Numbered from the stretch's first letter, positions 24,878 to 52,469 are shown. The stretch: DNA of 64,000 nt from the human T2T-CHM13v2.0 reference genome, Homo sapiens (GCF_009914755.1 NC_060925.1); one strand, 5' to 3'. The notes: generated from the letters alone by a model not told the origin. Numbers and translations: made by a program.

Positions 24878-25220
24878 GGGGTGGGGCTGTAGGTTGGGAG
24901 GGGGTAGGGCCTATTGTCTCCCTGGGCACCAATCCACAGCCACAGGCAGGCTTAGAGACGGAGAGACAAAGGAGGGAATGGGAGAGCACAAAGGGAGCGG
25001 GAATGAAATGGTAAGTAAAGGCAAACAAAAGTGAGCCGGGGGAGACAAAAGCTGGGAACAATATTCCCCAGGCAATAGGCTCGGGAACAATAGGGACACT
25101 GACAGCCCCACAAAGACACCAGTGTCTCCAAGTAGACGTTATCTCAGGCAGTGGTTGGCAGCCCCACTCTGGCTGCAGCTATTTTCAGTGCCGCTTTTGT
25201 GCCATGCTGAACAATATTCC
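24878..25220. promoter_or_regulatory. Candidate enhancer: SOX-motif cluster with G4 motif
   Basis: About 10 ACAA(A/T) cores in ~310 bp of repeat-free DNA; motif evidence only. Confidence 0.4.
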
Positions 25221-25348
25221 TTGCATGGCTGCTGATAGAAAGATGAGAAGGTTTCTGTTTGATTCTTCTCTTCCTTCCCTCCCCCCTCCCCTTTTTCCAG
25301 CCCCCACCAGCTCCAGGCAGTCTGAGCTCAAGTCTCTGGCCTGGTTAG

Positions 25349-25350
<2 letters not shown>

Positions 25351-25394
<44 letters not shown>
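25351..25394. repeat. (GT)22 microsatellite
   Basis: Read directly. Confidence 0.98.
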
Positions 25395-25395
<1 letters not shown>

Positions 25396-26267
25396 GGGAA
25401 GAGACCAAGTGGGGAGGGTCTCTATCTGGGCTTCCAGTTGCCCTCAATCTTATCAGGGCCTCCATGGAGGGAAGCTAGTAGAGTGGAGATTAGGGCTGGG
25501 CCAGTGGGGCTGAGAACTGAGGTGTGCGAGGAGGATCATCAGGGCAGTGGATTCTGCCCTTGCCCCAAATCACAAGACCAGCCTGAGTGAGTGACTATAA
25601 AAAGCCCTGCTTAGCAAAGGTTTTGCCTGTTGCTTGGCTATTCACATACATAATAGCCAAGGCCATAAGGGGTCCACCCTGTCATTCCACCCCTTCCTCC
25701 TTTGTGCCCACAAGTGTTCCCCACTCTACCCCCATAGCCACTGCTTTCTCCCATTCTTGTTTGTAGTTTTACCAGCCCCTTGACTAGCTCCCAACTTCCC
25801 TCCCCACCTCCGCCACTGCCAGATGAACCTAAGAGATCGGGGAAACTAGTCCTAGCTTGGGAAAAGACTGGTATGCACTGGCCCTTCCTTAGGCCTGATG
25901 GCCACTCCCACAGGGGTGTCCATGATCTTCATCCACAGTGCTGCTATTCCCCACCAAGTATCTCCCCTGTGTTCCTCCCTAGAGGAACTCTGACCCTAGA
26001 ACATTGAGTCAGAGGTGTCCTTTCCCAGGGCCCCCTTGTGCATACGGCTGGTGTACTCTTAGTTTTCTCAGTATCTTAGCCCACTATGGCTGCCCCCGTG
26101 GGCTTAGATAAACTTTACAGTTTTTCGTCTAGCTGGTCTTCTTCTCCATATTACTATTCTATTCAGGTTATTTTGCTAGGTGGCTAAACTACTAAATTTC
26201 AGTTCTCTGACTTCCTCAAAAAAAAAGAGACCAAATTTCTTGGGAAGGCATTTATATAAAAATTTTG

Positions 26268-26873
<606 letters not shown>

Positions 26874-26942
26874 ATTTTCAAGCACAATGCTGTCCTGAGT
26901 CTAGACACTCAGGTTGACCCAGAAGGTTGAGTCATTGTGTAA

Positions 26943-27311
<369 letters not shown>

Positions 27312-27377
27312 TAATGAACACTTGCTGAATTGGACTGAATTTAGAGAATCAGAAGGGACCTTAAAGCTCATCTAATA

Positions 27378-27530
27378 CCTTACTACTCAAAATGTTGTCT
27401 CTGGCTCAGCAGCATCAGCATCACCTGAGAACTTGATAGAAATGCAGAATCTCAGACTTCCTGAATCAGCATCTGCATTTTAACAAGCTCCCCAGGTAAT
27501 CCATATGCTCCTGAAGACACAGACAACTGG
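27378..27530. mobile_element. MER5A hAT transposon
   Basis: cagcagcatcagcatcacctgagaacttgatagaaatgcagaatctcag...ctgcattttaacaag. Confidence 0.8.
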
Positions 27531-27849
27531 TCTAGTACAGCTACTGCCTCCCTGCCTTCCCCAAACTACTACCTGTTTTATAACATTATCACCATCCATC
27601 ACCTAGAATCTTAGAAACCATGAGCCAGACTAGGCCATCCAGCTGGCAACTACAGAAAGACCTCGGTGGACATGAGCTTACTATCTGTGGTAACAGTCAG
27701 TTCCATGGTTGGAATAAAATCATATGGAACAGAATTAAATTTGCATGAAACAGCCTTGGGAATGGGACTTTGCACTTAGTATATACTCAATCAAAGACTG
27801 TTGAGGAAAAGGTCTAAATAATCTATTATTACCTCTCTTGAATGATTAC

Positions 27850-28341
27850 TATGATAGTTCATTTTATGTGTCAACTTGACTGGGACATGAGGTGCCCAGA
27901 CATTTGGTCAAACATTATTCTGGGCATGCCTGTGGAAGCATTTCTGGATGAGATAAACATATGAATCAGAAGACTGAGTGAAGCAGATTCTCTTCCCTAA
28001 TATGGGTAGGCCTTATTCAGTCAAAAGCCTGAATAGAACAAAAATGCTCAGTAAAAGGGAATTTTGTCTGTCTGACTGCTTGAGCTAGGATATTGGTCTT
28101 CTGCCTTTGGACTCTAATGGAAACATAAGCTCTTTGTGGGTCTCAATCTTGACTTTTGGACTTGAATTTACACCACTTGCTGTCTGGTTCTCAGGCCTTC
28201 AGACTTGGACTAGAACTACACCATTGCTGTCTTAGGTCTCTAGATTGCTGACTGCAGATTTTGCAAATTCTTAGCCTCGATAATCACATGAACCAATTCC
28301 CCTAATACCTCTTTCTTGCCCTGTTTCTCTCTCACATCACA

Positions 28342-28378
<37 letters not shown>

Positions 28379-28413
28379 TTTGTACTGTTTCCCTGGAGAA
28401 CTCTGGCTGATAC
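27850..28413 (+). mobile_element. MLT2 (ERVL) LTR with internal (CA)n at 28343-28376
   Basis: ttttatgtgtcaacttgactgg...ggtgcccagacatttggtcaaacattattctggg; ends ctggagaactctggctgataca. Confidence 0.85.
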
Positions 28414-30831
<2,418 letters not shown>

Positions 30832-31176
30832 TGCTATAGACTGAATTGCAAATGTTGGAATCCTAACCTTCAGTGTGACTGCATTTGGAGTAAGGAAATA
30901 ATCAAGATTAAATGAGGTCATAAGGGTGGAGCCCTGATAGGATTAGGATCCTTGTAAGAAGAGGCACCAGAGAGCTCACTCTTTCTCTCCCTGCCATGTG
31001 AGGACATAGTGAGAAGGTGGCCATCTGTAAGCCTGAAAGAGCCCTCACCAGAAACCGATCCTGCAAGAACTTGGTCTGGGACTCCCAGCCTTCAGAACTT
31101 CGAGCAATTAAATATCTGTTGATGAAGCCACCCAGTCTGTGGTATTTTGTTATGGCAGCCCTAGCCGACTGATATA
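30832..31176 (+). mobile_element. MLT1A/B-type LTR
   Basis: tgctatagactgaat start directly after the PPT; gtggtattttgttatggcagccctag end. Confidence 0.85.
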
Positions 31177-32115
31177 CTCCATAATGATGGAAAGAAGGAG
31201 AGGCTACTAAGCCTGAAGCAGGCTTGCACAGGGTGGACTGAGGGCTCTGAAGGGCCTCACAGTAGAGTACACACAGAATCTCATTATTCTTCCAAAGTAG
31301 AGGTGGTAATATTTCCTCTTTTCCTTTGATGTCCTTGGCACAAACCAAGACAACAGCAGAGTGAGCCATGTGGAGCTGCTGTGTGCCCCACACAAAGCAA
31401 TTCCCAGGCAGGGATAGGTACCCAAGACCATTACAATTATCCCAAATCAAAACTCTTTTCTTAGATTTTGCTGCTATTGTTCCGATAATGGTGGTATTTT
31501 CCCCACTTTCGGAGGTGGGGGGCAGGAACTTACCAATGAATAGAATCAAATTTTTACAATTAGAAATTAAAATTTTTTTCTCCCATAGATTAGCAGAAAA
31601 CAAAACACCTCTATTGGTGCTCACTTATAACAAGCATCATTCACGTGGTTGTTTGAAACCTAATGTGTTAAATTGTATCAGGGCCTGTAAAGACCATCAT
31701 GACTACTATATACTCAACCAATCCAAACAGATTTATGAAACATTGCAGAGTGTTTATTTGACTGTCTTTCTCTATCAAACCAGTCAATTCCCTCCAATAA
31801 AATAAATAGCAGTGGTAATTTCTGATCTATGGACAGTCATGTTTTGGGAGGAGAGGAGAGTGGTTGGGGCTGGTAATCTATTTTCTAGCCAAACTGGAAA
31901 ATCAGCTTTTCAGAAGTTTCCTCCTGACTCCTCCCACCCCCACTCCCCACATCAAGGGAGGGCAGAGAAGGAAAAAGATATTAAGGTTTGGATTAAACCA
32001 CCATTGTGCATATTTATAATTCATTCTGAACAACAGAGGACAAGGATAGAGGCTTTAAAAAAAATTCAGTAATCAGCAGCAGCGACAGCAGCCCCTGTGC
32101 TCTTAGCTCTCCTTA

Positions 32116-32739
<624 letters not shown>

Positions 32740-32782
32740 TCAGAGAATGTGAGGGAAATCCCAAGGCCTCTGGGCTCATTAA

Positions 32783-33321
32783 GGCTTAGTCCATTCAGGC
32801 TGCTATACCAAAATATCATGGACTAGGCAGCTTATAAACAACAAAAATTTATTTCTCACAATTCTGAAGGCTGGGAAGTCCAAGATCAAGTTTCTGGCAG
32901 ATGCAGTGTCTGGTGAGGCACCGCTTCCTGGTTCATAGACAGCTGTTTTTTTGCTATAACCTCACATAGCAGAGTGGGGCGACGGACCTTTTTTGAGGCT
33001 TCTTTTATAAAGGCACTAATTCCATTCATGAGGGCTCCACCCTCATGACCTAATCACCTCCCAAAGGCCCCACCTCCTAATAGGATAAACTTGGGGGCTA
33101 AGATTTCAACAGTGGCTGGGTACAGTGGAACACACCTATAATCCCAGCCACTCGAGAGGCTGAGGTGGGAGGATTGTTTGAGGCTACAGTGCACAATGAT
33201 CCTGCCTGTGAATGGACACTGCACTCCAGCCTGGGCAACATAACAAGACGCCATCTCCAAAAAAAGAAAAAAAAAAAAAGAAGTAATGAAGTTTGAGGGA
33301 ACACAAACATTCAGATCATGG
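32783..33321 (-). mobile_element. MLT1A0-type LTR containing a FAM monomer (33114-33280, +)
   Basis: ttagtccattcaggctgcta...ctgggaagtccaagatcaag...acaaacattcagatcat; FAM diagnostic gcctgtgaat...cactgcactcc. Confidence 0.8.
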
Positions 33322-33545
33322 TAGGAGATGAGGAGAGGGTGACCAAGAGAGAAAAAGCCTTTTGAGTTGTGGAAGGTAGAGAAGGGATTCCAGTTTGTGC
33401 TGGTGAATGTGCAAAGCGCATGTAAAGTAACCATAGGCTTGAGCTCTGATTTTAGAATTAATAATACAGTATGTTTTTGTTTTGTCACGGACTCTAATTA
33501 GACCTCTAGAGCTAGTTATAGCATCGTTGCACCCTCCTACCCTTT

Positions 33546-33927
33546 TGATATCGTTTGGATCTGTGTCCCCACCCAAATCTCATGTTCAGTTGTAATCCCC
33601 AGTGTTGAAGGTGGGGCCTGGTGGGAGATGATTGGATCATGGGGGTGGATCCTTCCTGAATGGGTTAGCACCCTCCCTTTTTGGTCCTGTTCTTGGGACA
33701 GAGTTCTCATGAGACCTGGATTTCTCTCTCTTCCTCCTGTGAAGGAGCCTGCTTCCAGCCATGTGAAGATGCCTGCTGCAGCCTCGCCTTCTGCCTTGAA
33801 TAAAAGCTCCCTCAGGCCTCCCCAGAAAAAGATGCTGCCATGCTTCCTGTACAGCCTGCAGAACAGTGAGTCAATTTAATCTCCTTTCTTTATGAATTAG
33901 CCACTCTCGGGCAATTCTCTGTAGCAG
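33546..33927 (+). mobile_element. MSTB-like solo LTR
   Basis: tgatatcgtttggatctgtgtccccacccaaatctcatg ... gactaatac. Confidence 0.85.
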
Positions 33928-34824
33928 TGTGAAAAAAGACTAATACCTCATCCCCTGACCACATATCCTCCCCTCACCCAACGCACAGCTGGAATCAGGT
34001 GTGTTGTCAGCCTCCCCTGTAAAGGTTCATTTCCAGTTGGTATACAGGGGGTTCACAGAGACTGGCATCTGAATGATACTGCCTGGAATGAGCAGTGATG
34101 GGGCCCAGTTCATTTCCACTTCTCAAATTGATGCTCCATCAGTGAGGCACAAAAGTCATCCCCACTCCCTTCCACCAGTCCCAGACCATACTGTCTAGAT
34201 GGCTCATTGCCTATGTAGTGGCTCTGCCTGATACCTTTGCAGGAGAAATGTAATGTTAGCCTACCTTCACTTTTAGGAGGTACTAATTTAGGGTATGATG
34301 GTGGACTAGGTATTCAATACCAAGGGCTATTCTTCTAGGTAAGAAGTTTTAAATTTTGAGTCAAAACTGTCCTTTACTTTAAAATTCTGTTTAAAACTCA
34401 GGCATTCTAGAATTAATTCCCTGATTAAACTGGCCAAGACATGATCATTGAACACTGCCCTATTCTTGGGACTCATTGCTTACTATTATCTTTGCCATAT
34501 ATATCTTTACTCTCAAGTTTTTCTTTCCTGTACCCATTCCTGGTCTGACTTTTCTCCACGAGCAATCCTGCGGCTTTCATTAGGCATTGAGCTATGTGAT
34601 GAAAGAGGCCTTATCTAGTCCTGCCTCAGGAACAAAACCAATTTAAAAAATAATTTTCAACAGCCATTGTATGCAAGACACAGTCCTAAGATGAGGACTG
34701 GAAGATGAGCAAAGGATACAATAATTGGAAGTAGTTTAGAGCTAGTTGGAGAGATAGACATAGGTGTAATGTGAACTAATATTATGTGATGTCAACTTAG
34801 TAACTCAAGATGGCAATAAAATAG

Positions 34825-36025
<1,201 letters not shown>

Positions 36026-36183
36026 TTAAGTGAGAAGGAAGCATATGAATGTTCAGAGAAGATAAAGTCTATGTACGCCATAAAGGAGACAATGGAAAAG
36101 GGGCCTTGAAGTAAAGGTGGAATTGGCCAGGCAAGAAGGATAAAGAAGACTATTATAGCCCTGGAAAATAGTATAAACAAAGA

Positions 36184-37057
<874 letters not shown>

Positions 37058-37201
37058 CAGGGGTTATGGAATAAAAATCTTGGAGAACTGTAAGTATTCA
37101 TTCATTTATGTATTCATTTGACCAATATTTGTTGAGTGCCTCCTATATGCTAGACTCTGTTCTGAGTGATGGAGATATGGCAGTGAAAAAAACCGACATA
37201 A

Positions 37202-37870
<669 letters not shown>

Positions 37871-37961
37871 ATATATAGTGTGTTAGGTACTAATCAATGT
37901 CAAGAAGAAAAACATAAAGCAGAAGAGTTGATATGACATGTCAGGGGATGGGTTTGGCTAT

Positions 37962-39650
<1,689 letters not shown>

Positions 39651-39988
39651 TCACCAAGGAAGACCTCATTCAGAAAATGACCTTTGGATTCACCCTGGAA
39701 AGATGTGAGAGAGCTAGCCATGAGGATATCTGGGGAAAGATCATTCTATGCAGACGAAACATCATGAGCAAACATATATGTCTGGCGTATTTGATGGATG
39801 GCCGGCGACAATGTGGCTGAGGCAGGGGGAGCAGGAGGGAAAGGAAGACAGGATGCCAAAGAGGTGACGGGCAGGGGAATGCTTTCATCTTTACATGTTT
39901 CAGAAAGACAAGTTATGAGCAGAGAACTGACATGATCTGAATTAGGATTTGATAAAATGCATCTAGTTACTATGTTGAGAATAGATCA

Positions 39989-40468
<480 letters not shown>

Positions 40469-40700
40469 TCAACTTTGAATATGTTAAGTGTGAAGTGCCT
40501 ATTAGATATCCAAATAGAAATGTTGAGTCAACAATCAAGGTGGGAGTTCTGGAAAGAGTTTGAGGTTAGAGATACAAATTTGGGAATCATCAGATATAAG
40601 TGGTATTTAAAACTTTGAGATTAGATAAAATCACCTAAGAAATAAGTGCAGATTAAACAAGGAGGTGAGATGTAAGGACTAAGGCCTGAGACACTCCAAC

Positions 40701-40823
40701 AAAAAAAGAAAGAAAGAAGGAAGGAAGGGAGGGAAGGAGGGAGGGAATAAGGAAGGAAGAAAGAAAGGAAGGAAGGAGGAAGGGAGGGAGGGAAGGAAGG
40801 AAGGAAAGAAAGAAGGAAGAAAC

Positions 40824-40855
<32 letters not shown>

Positions 40856-40872
40856 CAAGAGAAAGAAAGAAG
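40701..40872. repeat. GA-rich (GGAA/GAAA)n low-complexity tract
   Basis: Read directly. Confidence 0.95.
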
Positions 40873-41752
40873 AGTGTGGCCAGAGAGATAGGAGTCAAAC
40901 CAGGTGAGGATGGTGTCTTATAAGTCAAGTGAAAACGTTTTTTAAGGAAAACTTAGAGAGACCGCCTATGTGAGATGCTGCTGAGAGGATGAGAAATGCC
41001 CATTGGCAGCAGGATGTGGAGTTCATTAGCTACCATGACCTGAGCAGTTCTGATGGAATGGTAGAAGCAAAAACCTCACTGGAATGGGTTGAAGATAGAA
41101 TGGAAGGTGAGAAATTGGAGACTGAATATTCCTTTAAATAATTTTGTGCGAAAGGAGGAAGGCAACTGGGTGATAACTGAAGAGAAAACAGAGCCAAGAG
41201 AGGGATTTTTAAAGATGGGAGATGAGATCTAATAGCACACGTTTGTGCTGAGGAAATGATGGGAGAGAAAAACTAATAAAGCATGAGACAGGAAAGAATT
41301 GCTGGGACGAAGTCTTGAGTCGGTTGGAGGGGACAGGGCCTAAGACACAATGGAGTGAGGGCTCCCGTCAGGGAGCACAGACAATAGCAGGAGAGCAGGC
41401 AGAGTGCAGGAGCGCAGGAGCAGACAGCTAGGTGGAAGTGGTAAGGCCTTCAACTCACAGCGAGAGTGAGGCAGGAGGTGTTGCAGTTTCGAGGAGAGAG
41501 GAGGAGATGTGAAAGTGTTGTCCAGGAGTGTAGGAGAATGAATCAATCAGGCAAATGTGGCATGATAGCTACGCAGCATTGAGGGTTCACATGAGATAAA
41601 TGGTTACGAATTTAAAGCAGACCAGTCAGCATGGCTGTGTATTTCCTGGTCATGTTCAGCTGCATGGGGGTAGGTGCAAAGTAGTAGGAGAGTTGGATGC
41701 AAAAAAGCTGTGGTTTGGCCAAGTGAGTTTAATAACGAATAAGAAATGTTAG

Positions 41753-42405
<653 letters not shown>

Positions 42406-42446
42406 AAAGGTGTTAGGACTCTTCTTATATATGTTCCTATAGCTAT

Positions 42447-42878
42447 GAGGACCATTGTGCTGGTTTGCCCAGGATAGGCATAGTCTATATCTGTTTTCCC
42501 TAGGTATTCTTTTTTATCGTAATTATTTTAGAGACAGAATCTCACTCTGTTGCGCAGGCTGGAGTGCAGTGGCTAGATCATGGCTCACTACAATCTCAAA
42601 CTCCTGGCCTCAAGTGATCCTCTTGCCTCACCCTCCTGAGTAGCTAGGATTGCAGACATGTGCCACCATGCCCAGCTAATTTTTAAAATGTTTGTAGGAT
42701 CTTGCTATGTTGCTCAAGCTGGTTTCAAACTCCTAGCCTCAAGCGATTCTCCAGCCTCAGCTTCCCAAAGTGCTGGGATTATAGGCATGGGCCACTGGGT
42801 CTGGTTTACAGTAATTATTGTGTCTCTTTTCACTATCAAAACATTTTGATTTGGATAATAAATGAAATGATCATTCAT
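42447..42878. mobile_element. MER81-like hAT-Blackjack element split by AluJ (42520-42800, -)
   Basis: gaccattgtgctggtttgcccagga ... taattatt...tttcactatcaaaa...tttggataataaat...atgatca. Confidence 0.6.
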
Positions 42879-43267
42879 TCTACCTACAGCCAACATGGAG
42901 TCATTGAAGTTCTCCGGACAGAGAATTCATCAGTGTTGGACTTTAAAAAATTTTAAACAGTAAATAGCTTGTTAGTTCCTTGAGATCACCGGTCATGTTT
43001 CATACCTCTTTGTCCCCAGTCTCTAGTGTAATTTTACTTGTGGTCTTCTTGTCTATCAGTTAGCCCTGAAAAAGCACAGGTGACTCAGTACCAGAAGAGT
43101 CATTGAAGATTATCCCACCTTTAGCCAAACTCTCTGGGCTCTCAAGACAAAGGAAGGGGATTGAGGCAATTTACACACTAAGAGGATCTTTTATAAGCCT
43201 GCTCAGAAGGATGATGGGGGTCAAGTCTTGAGTAGGTAGGAGTAGAAGGGAGGCCACTCAAGAGTCA

Positions 43268-43747
<480 letters not shown>

Positions 43748-43748
43748 G

Positions 43749-44284
43749 TGTTGACCTAAAGAAAAAACTGGTCAGATGCAGTGGCTCACGCCTGTAATCC
43801 CAGCACTTTGAGCGGCTGAGGCAGGAGAATCGCTGGAGTCCAGGAGTATGAGACCAGCGTGGACAACATAATGAGACCCCATCTCTACAAAATAAAAATA
43901 AAAAATAAATTTAAAAAAATTTTTAAAGAAAAAAAGAGGCAAAATTAATATAAGCAGAGAGTTTATTTGGGCCAACTTTGAGGGCTACAACCTGGGAACA
44001 TGGATTCAGTTTGCCCTGAATATATACTGGATTTTTCTAAGTTGTTTACTAAGAATTTACATTAAAATAACATAAGCTATTAATTGGCTATCCATTGATC
44101 TTTGTATCACAAATTCAGTACCGTGAAGATAATGGGAACAAAAAATACCTTTAAACAATTCCCCCTTGACATGGATTGGGGGAGGAGCACAACTGAAGTC
44201 CCACACACATGTGTCTCTGGACTTGATAAATTTTGCATCCTTAACCCTAACTCAGACTGCTTTGGGCTATTTTTTCTTTTCTCA
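43749..44284 (-). mobile_element. MER66-like ERV1 solo LTR containing a FLAM (43780-43935)
   Basis: End gataaattttgcat...ctcagactgctttgggctattttttcttttctca is the reverse complement of the MER66 start; TG...CA. Confidence 0.75.
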
Positions 44285-44965
<681 letters not shown>

Positions 44966-45089
44966 GTTTTTTTCCACACTGCCAGCAACCTATCTCCTTG
45001 GAAGTCACATCGTGTTACTTCTGTCACAAGTCTACCCAGTTTCAAGGGAAGAGGCTTGCCTCTCAATGTGGAGAGGGTTCAAGTCACTT

Positions 45090-45950
45090 CCTTTCAAGGA
45101 ATACTTCCCCTCTGCCCTCTGAAGTTTCGCTGAAAAATCAACTTAGAAAAGGCAGATTAATTGGAGAAAAGGCATACACATGTATCATTAATGTGTATGT
45201 GGGGAGAACCACAGGGTGATTGCTCACTTCCCAGTGGAGTTTGGAAGTTTATATATCATCCTGGCAAAACAGACTATGGGAGCGGGAGAAGAGGAATTCT
45301 GCTGAGGGGCAATAAAGGATTACTAGGGAGAATGCATGGATGCCAGAACAGAGATTAACTTGTCTTAGTCCTGCAGGGAGGGGAAGAAAAAACAATTGTT
45401 CTCCTTTGTGGGTCTGGATTTTGGGCAGATAAAGGAACTTCAGAGAACAACTTCATCCTGGATTTGGGAGAGTCAGTGAGGGGGAGGTCAGAGAGACCTT
45501 GAGGTTTCTTCTTCATTCATGATATGATTTGGCTCTGTCCCCACCTAAATCTCCTCTTGAATTGTAGTTCCCATAATCCCCATGTGTTATTGGAAGAACC
45601 TGGTGGGAGGTAATTGAATCATGGGGGCAGTTACCTCCACGCTGTTCTTGTGATAGTGAGCGAGCTCTTACGAGATCTGATGGTTTTATAAGGGGCTTTT
45701 CCCCACCTTAGCTCTGCACTTCTCCTTGCTGCTGTCAAGTGAAGAAGAACTTGTGTTTGCTTCCCCTTCCACCATGATCGTGAGTTTCCTGAGGCCTCCC
45801 CAGCTCTGCAGAACTGTGAGTCAATTAAACCTCTTCCTTTATAAATTACCCAGTCTCAGGTATGTCTTTATTAGCAGCGTGAGAAGGGACTAATACAGTT
45901 CAGCATGTCAAAAGGCCATATTTTGGAATCTTGGTTTCAGAGCCCAACAA
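45090..45950 (-). mobile_element. MER39-like LTR split by THE1
   Basis: aaggcagattaattggagaaaaggcataca ... ttcagcatgtcaaaaggccatattttgg...gagcccaaca. Confidence 0.7.
45520..45897 (+). mobile_element. THE1 (C/D-like) solo LTR
   Basis: tgatatgatttggctctgtcccc...gagatctgatggttttataagggg...gactaataca; TSD attca/gttca. Confidence 0.9.
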
Positions 45951-46310
45951 TCACATGGGATGGGTAACATTGTTTTGTGCATTTTGGGAAAATGTAATCA
46001 TGACACCAACTTTTGGTTCTTTAACCTTCCTTCCTTCCAAGGAGTCTTATTGGAAGAACTCAAGACCACATGTTTTTGTATATTTGTTAACTTTAGCCAT
46101 TTTTCTGTTGACAATCCTTCCCCAAAGAGAACTTCTTACCTAGCTTCCCTTCCCAATACATGGTGATGTGAATAAGGGTTTGCCAATGTCCAGTGGGTTT
46201 ATTGAATGGAGATTATAGGCTGTACCTCCTCAGAGAGAAATTCAACAGAATGAGAGAAAAAATCACATCTATTTCAGCAGTTCAACAAGGTTATTAGTGA
46301 GATATCACAT

Positions 46311-47680
<1,370 letters not shown>

Positions 47681-47849
47681 CCCAAAGATGGTACAGAGGA
47701 GTAGAGGGTAGCCCAGAGCAAACATATGGAGTGAGAACAGGAGAAGCCCCAGAAAACCAACATTCAGGAAGCAGAAAGAATACAAGGAACCACTGATGGA
47801 CCCTGAGAAGGAGTAGCCAGAGACATAGGAAGACAACCAGGGGAGCTGT

Positions 47850-49001
<1,152 letters not shown>

Positions 49002-49169
49002 AATAAGGGAGCAGGTAGTTTTTCAAGGGAAGAGTGATCAACCATATCCATGCAGAATTTAGCTTGATTTTTTTTTAACACAGTTATCTTCTGGTGGGTA
49101 CTGAGTCCTGTTGTATTATTCCAGAGTTGAGGAAGTTTAACTCAGCTTTTGTAGGAGTCCCTTGGCTAG

Positions 49170-49628
<459 letters not shown>

Positions 49629-50397
49629 TTTTTTTTTTTTTTCTTTTTTTTAAGGCACCAACTTACAAATCCTTCCTGTGCCTTTGGCCAGCAGGCTTAT
49701 AGGGAGTAAAATCAAATAACTGAACGTTCTCTGCTACCCCTCTGAATTCTTCTGGGTGAAATCAAGACATCTGTTGATGGCTTTATTATTTCCAGTAAAT
49801 GATCCAAAGTGACTTGTGCTTTAGTCAGTCATCACTTGATTGAGCAGCTCTTGAAGAGGGAGAATGTCCCAGGAATCTTACTTCTGTTTCCACCTCTTGT
49901 CCAAAACTTGTCTCTCAAAGGCCTCACAGAACTCAATGCCAAATAGACAGACCCTTTCTTAGTTGCACACTTTTTGACATAGATCAGCCAGTTTGGTGAG
50001 AAGGAAGCCCTAATGCTCTCAGCATCCAAGGCACTATGTGCAATAAATTAACTTCTCTCCTTTGCATTTAAATGGAACTGGTTATGTACCTTGGGGGAAT
50101 TGAGAAAACAGTCACCCAAATAATATTCTGTATTCCATGGTTCAGACGCGGAACACTGGTTGAGAAAGATACTCAGGCAGGTATGTTGGATTTTACAGTT
50201 GCTTCCGTTTGAATCACTGGCTGACTTAGCATGGCATTGGTAAGCTTTTCAATTTGTTCTTGCTCCAGATTTAAACACATTTACTACAGTTCTTTACTTC
50301 TTAGTTTTTTACATTTTATTTTAGCTTTGAAAGTTCCTTGGTCCTTTAATCCTTCAAGTCTTCAAGTCTTTTAACTTGTACTGATTTGGCAGTTTAA

Positions 50398-51642
<1,245 letters not shown>

Positions 51643-51934
51643 CTAATGTGCGGCTGTGCTGTGCAGATGACCCACAGCTTAAGCTAAGGGGGCCAGAAGT
51701 TTTTCCCCTCTGTTTTGTGGTGCTGGCTTCCTTTAATGGGCACATATTATCTTCCTAGTTAAAAAAATCTTAACCTGATTGATATAGGAGACCTGCTGGC
51801 CAGAAGTTCCCCTAAGGTTAAGATTCCCATTCCCTGGTGTACAAACCCTGAATAATCCCTTCCCCTTGAGTGTGGGTGGGACATGTAAATATCCCACTCC
51901 TGTGTACCACCTTTGGGCTGATGACTCTCTAACC

Positions 51935-52463
51935 CAGGGGTTGGCAGACTTTTTCTGAAAGGGCCACATGGCTTTGTGGGCCATACAGTCTCTGTTGCAA
52001 ATACTCAACTCTGCTGCTGTATTATGAAAGCAGGCATAAGGAATACAGAAATGGAGTTGGGCACAGTAGTTCATGCCTATAATCCCAGCACTTTGGGAGG
52101 CCAAGGTGGGAGGATTGCTTGAGGTTAGGAGTTGAGGACCAGCCTGGACAACATAGGGAGACCCCATCTCTACAAAAACTAAAAATAAAAAATTAGCCAG
52201 GTGTGGTGGTGCATGTCTGCAGTCCTAGCTACTTGAGAGGTTGAGGCAGGAGAATCTTTTGAGCCCAAGAGTTCAAGTTACAGTGAGCCATGATCATACC
52301 ACTGCATTCCGCCCTAAGTGATAGAGCAAGACCCTATCTCTTAACTAACTAACTAACTAACTAAATAAATAAATAAATCAGAATGAATGGGCTTGACTGT
52401 GTTTCAATAATGCTTTATTTGCAAAACAGGCTGCCAGCCCCCTGGCCATGGTTTACTGACTCT
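51935..52463 (+). mobile_element. MER58A hAT transposon split by AluJ (52053-52378)
   Basis: caggggttggcagactttttctgaaagggcca...ctactcaactctgc-like...ctgtgtttcaataa..ctttattt. Confidence 0.85.
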
Positions 52464-52469
52464 AAACCA

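Noticed and set aside
30908-31624. Longest ORF (238 aa, minus strand)
   Set aside because: The C-terminal part is antisense MLT1 LTR (AAITKYHRLGG), it has no recognisable domain and no supporting gene structure
33114-33280. 7SL-like sequence as an SRP RNA gene
   Set aside because: It lacks the S domain, is diverged and is poly-A tailed: a fossil Alu monomer (FAM)
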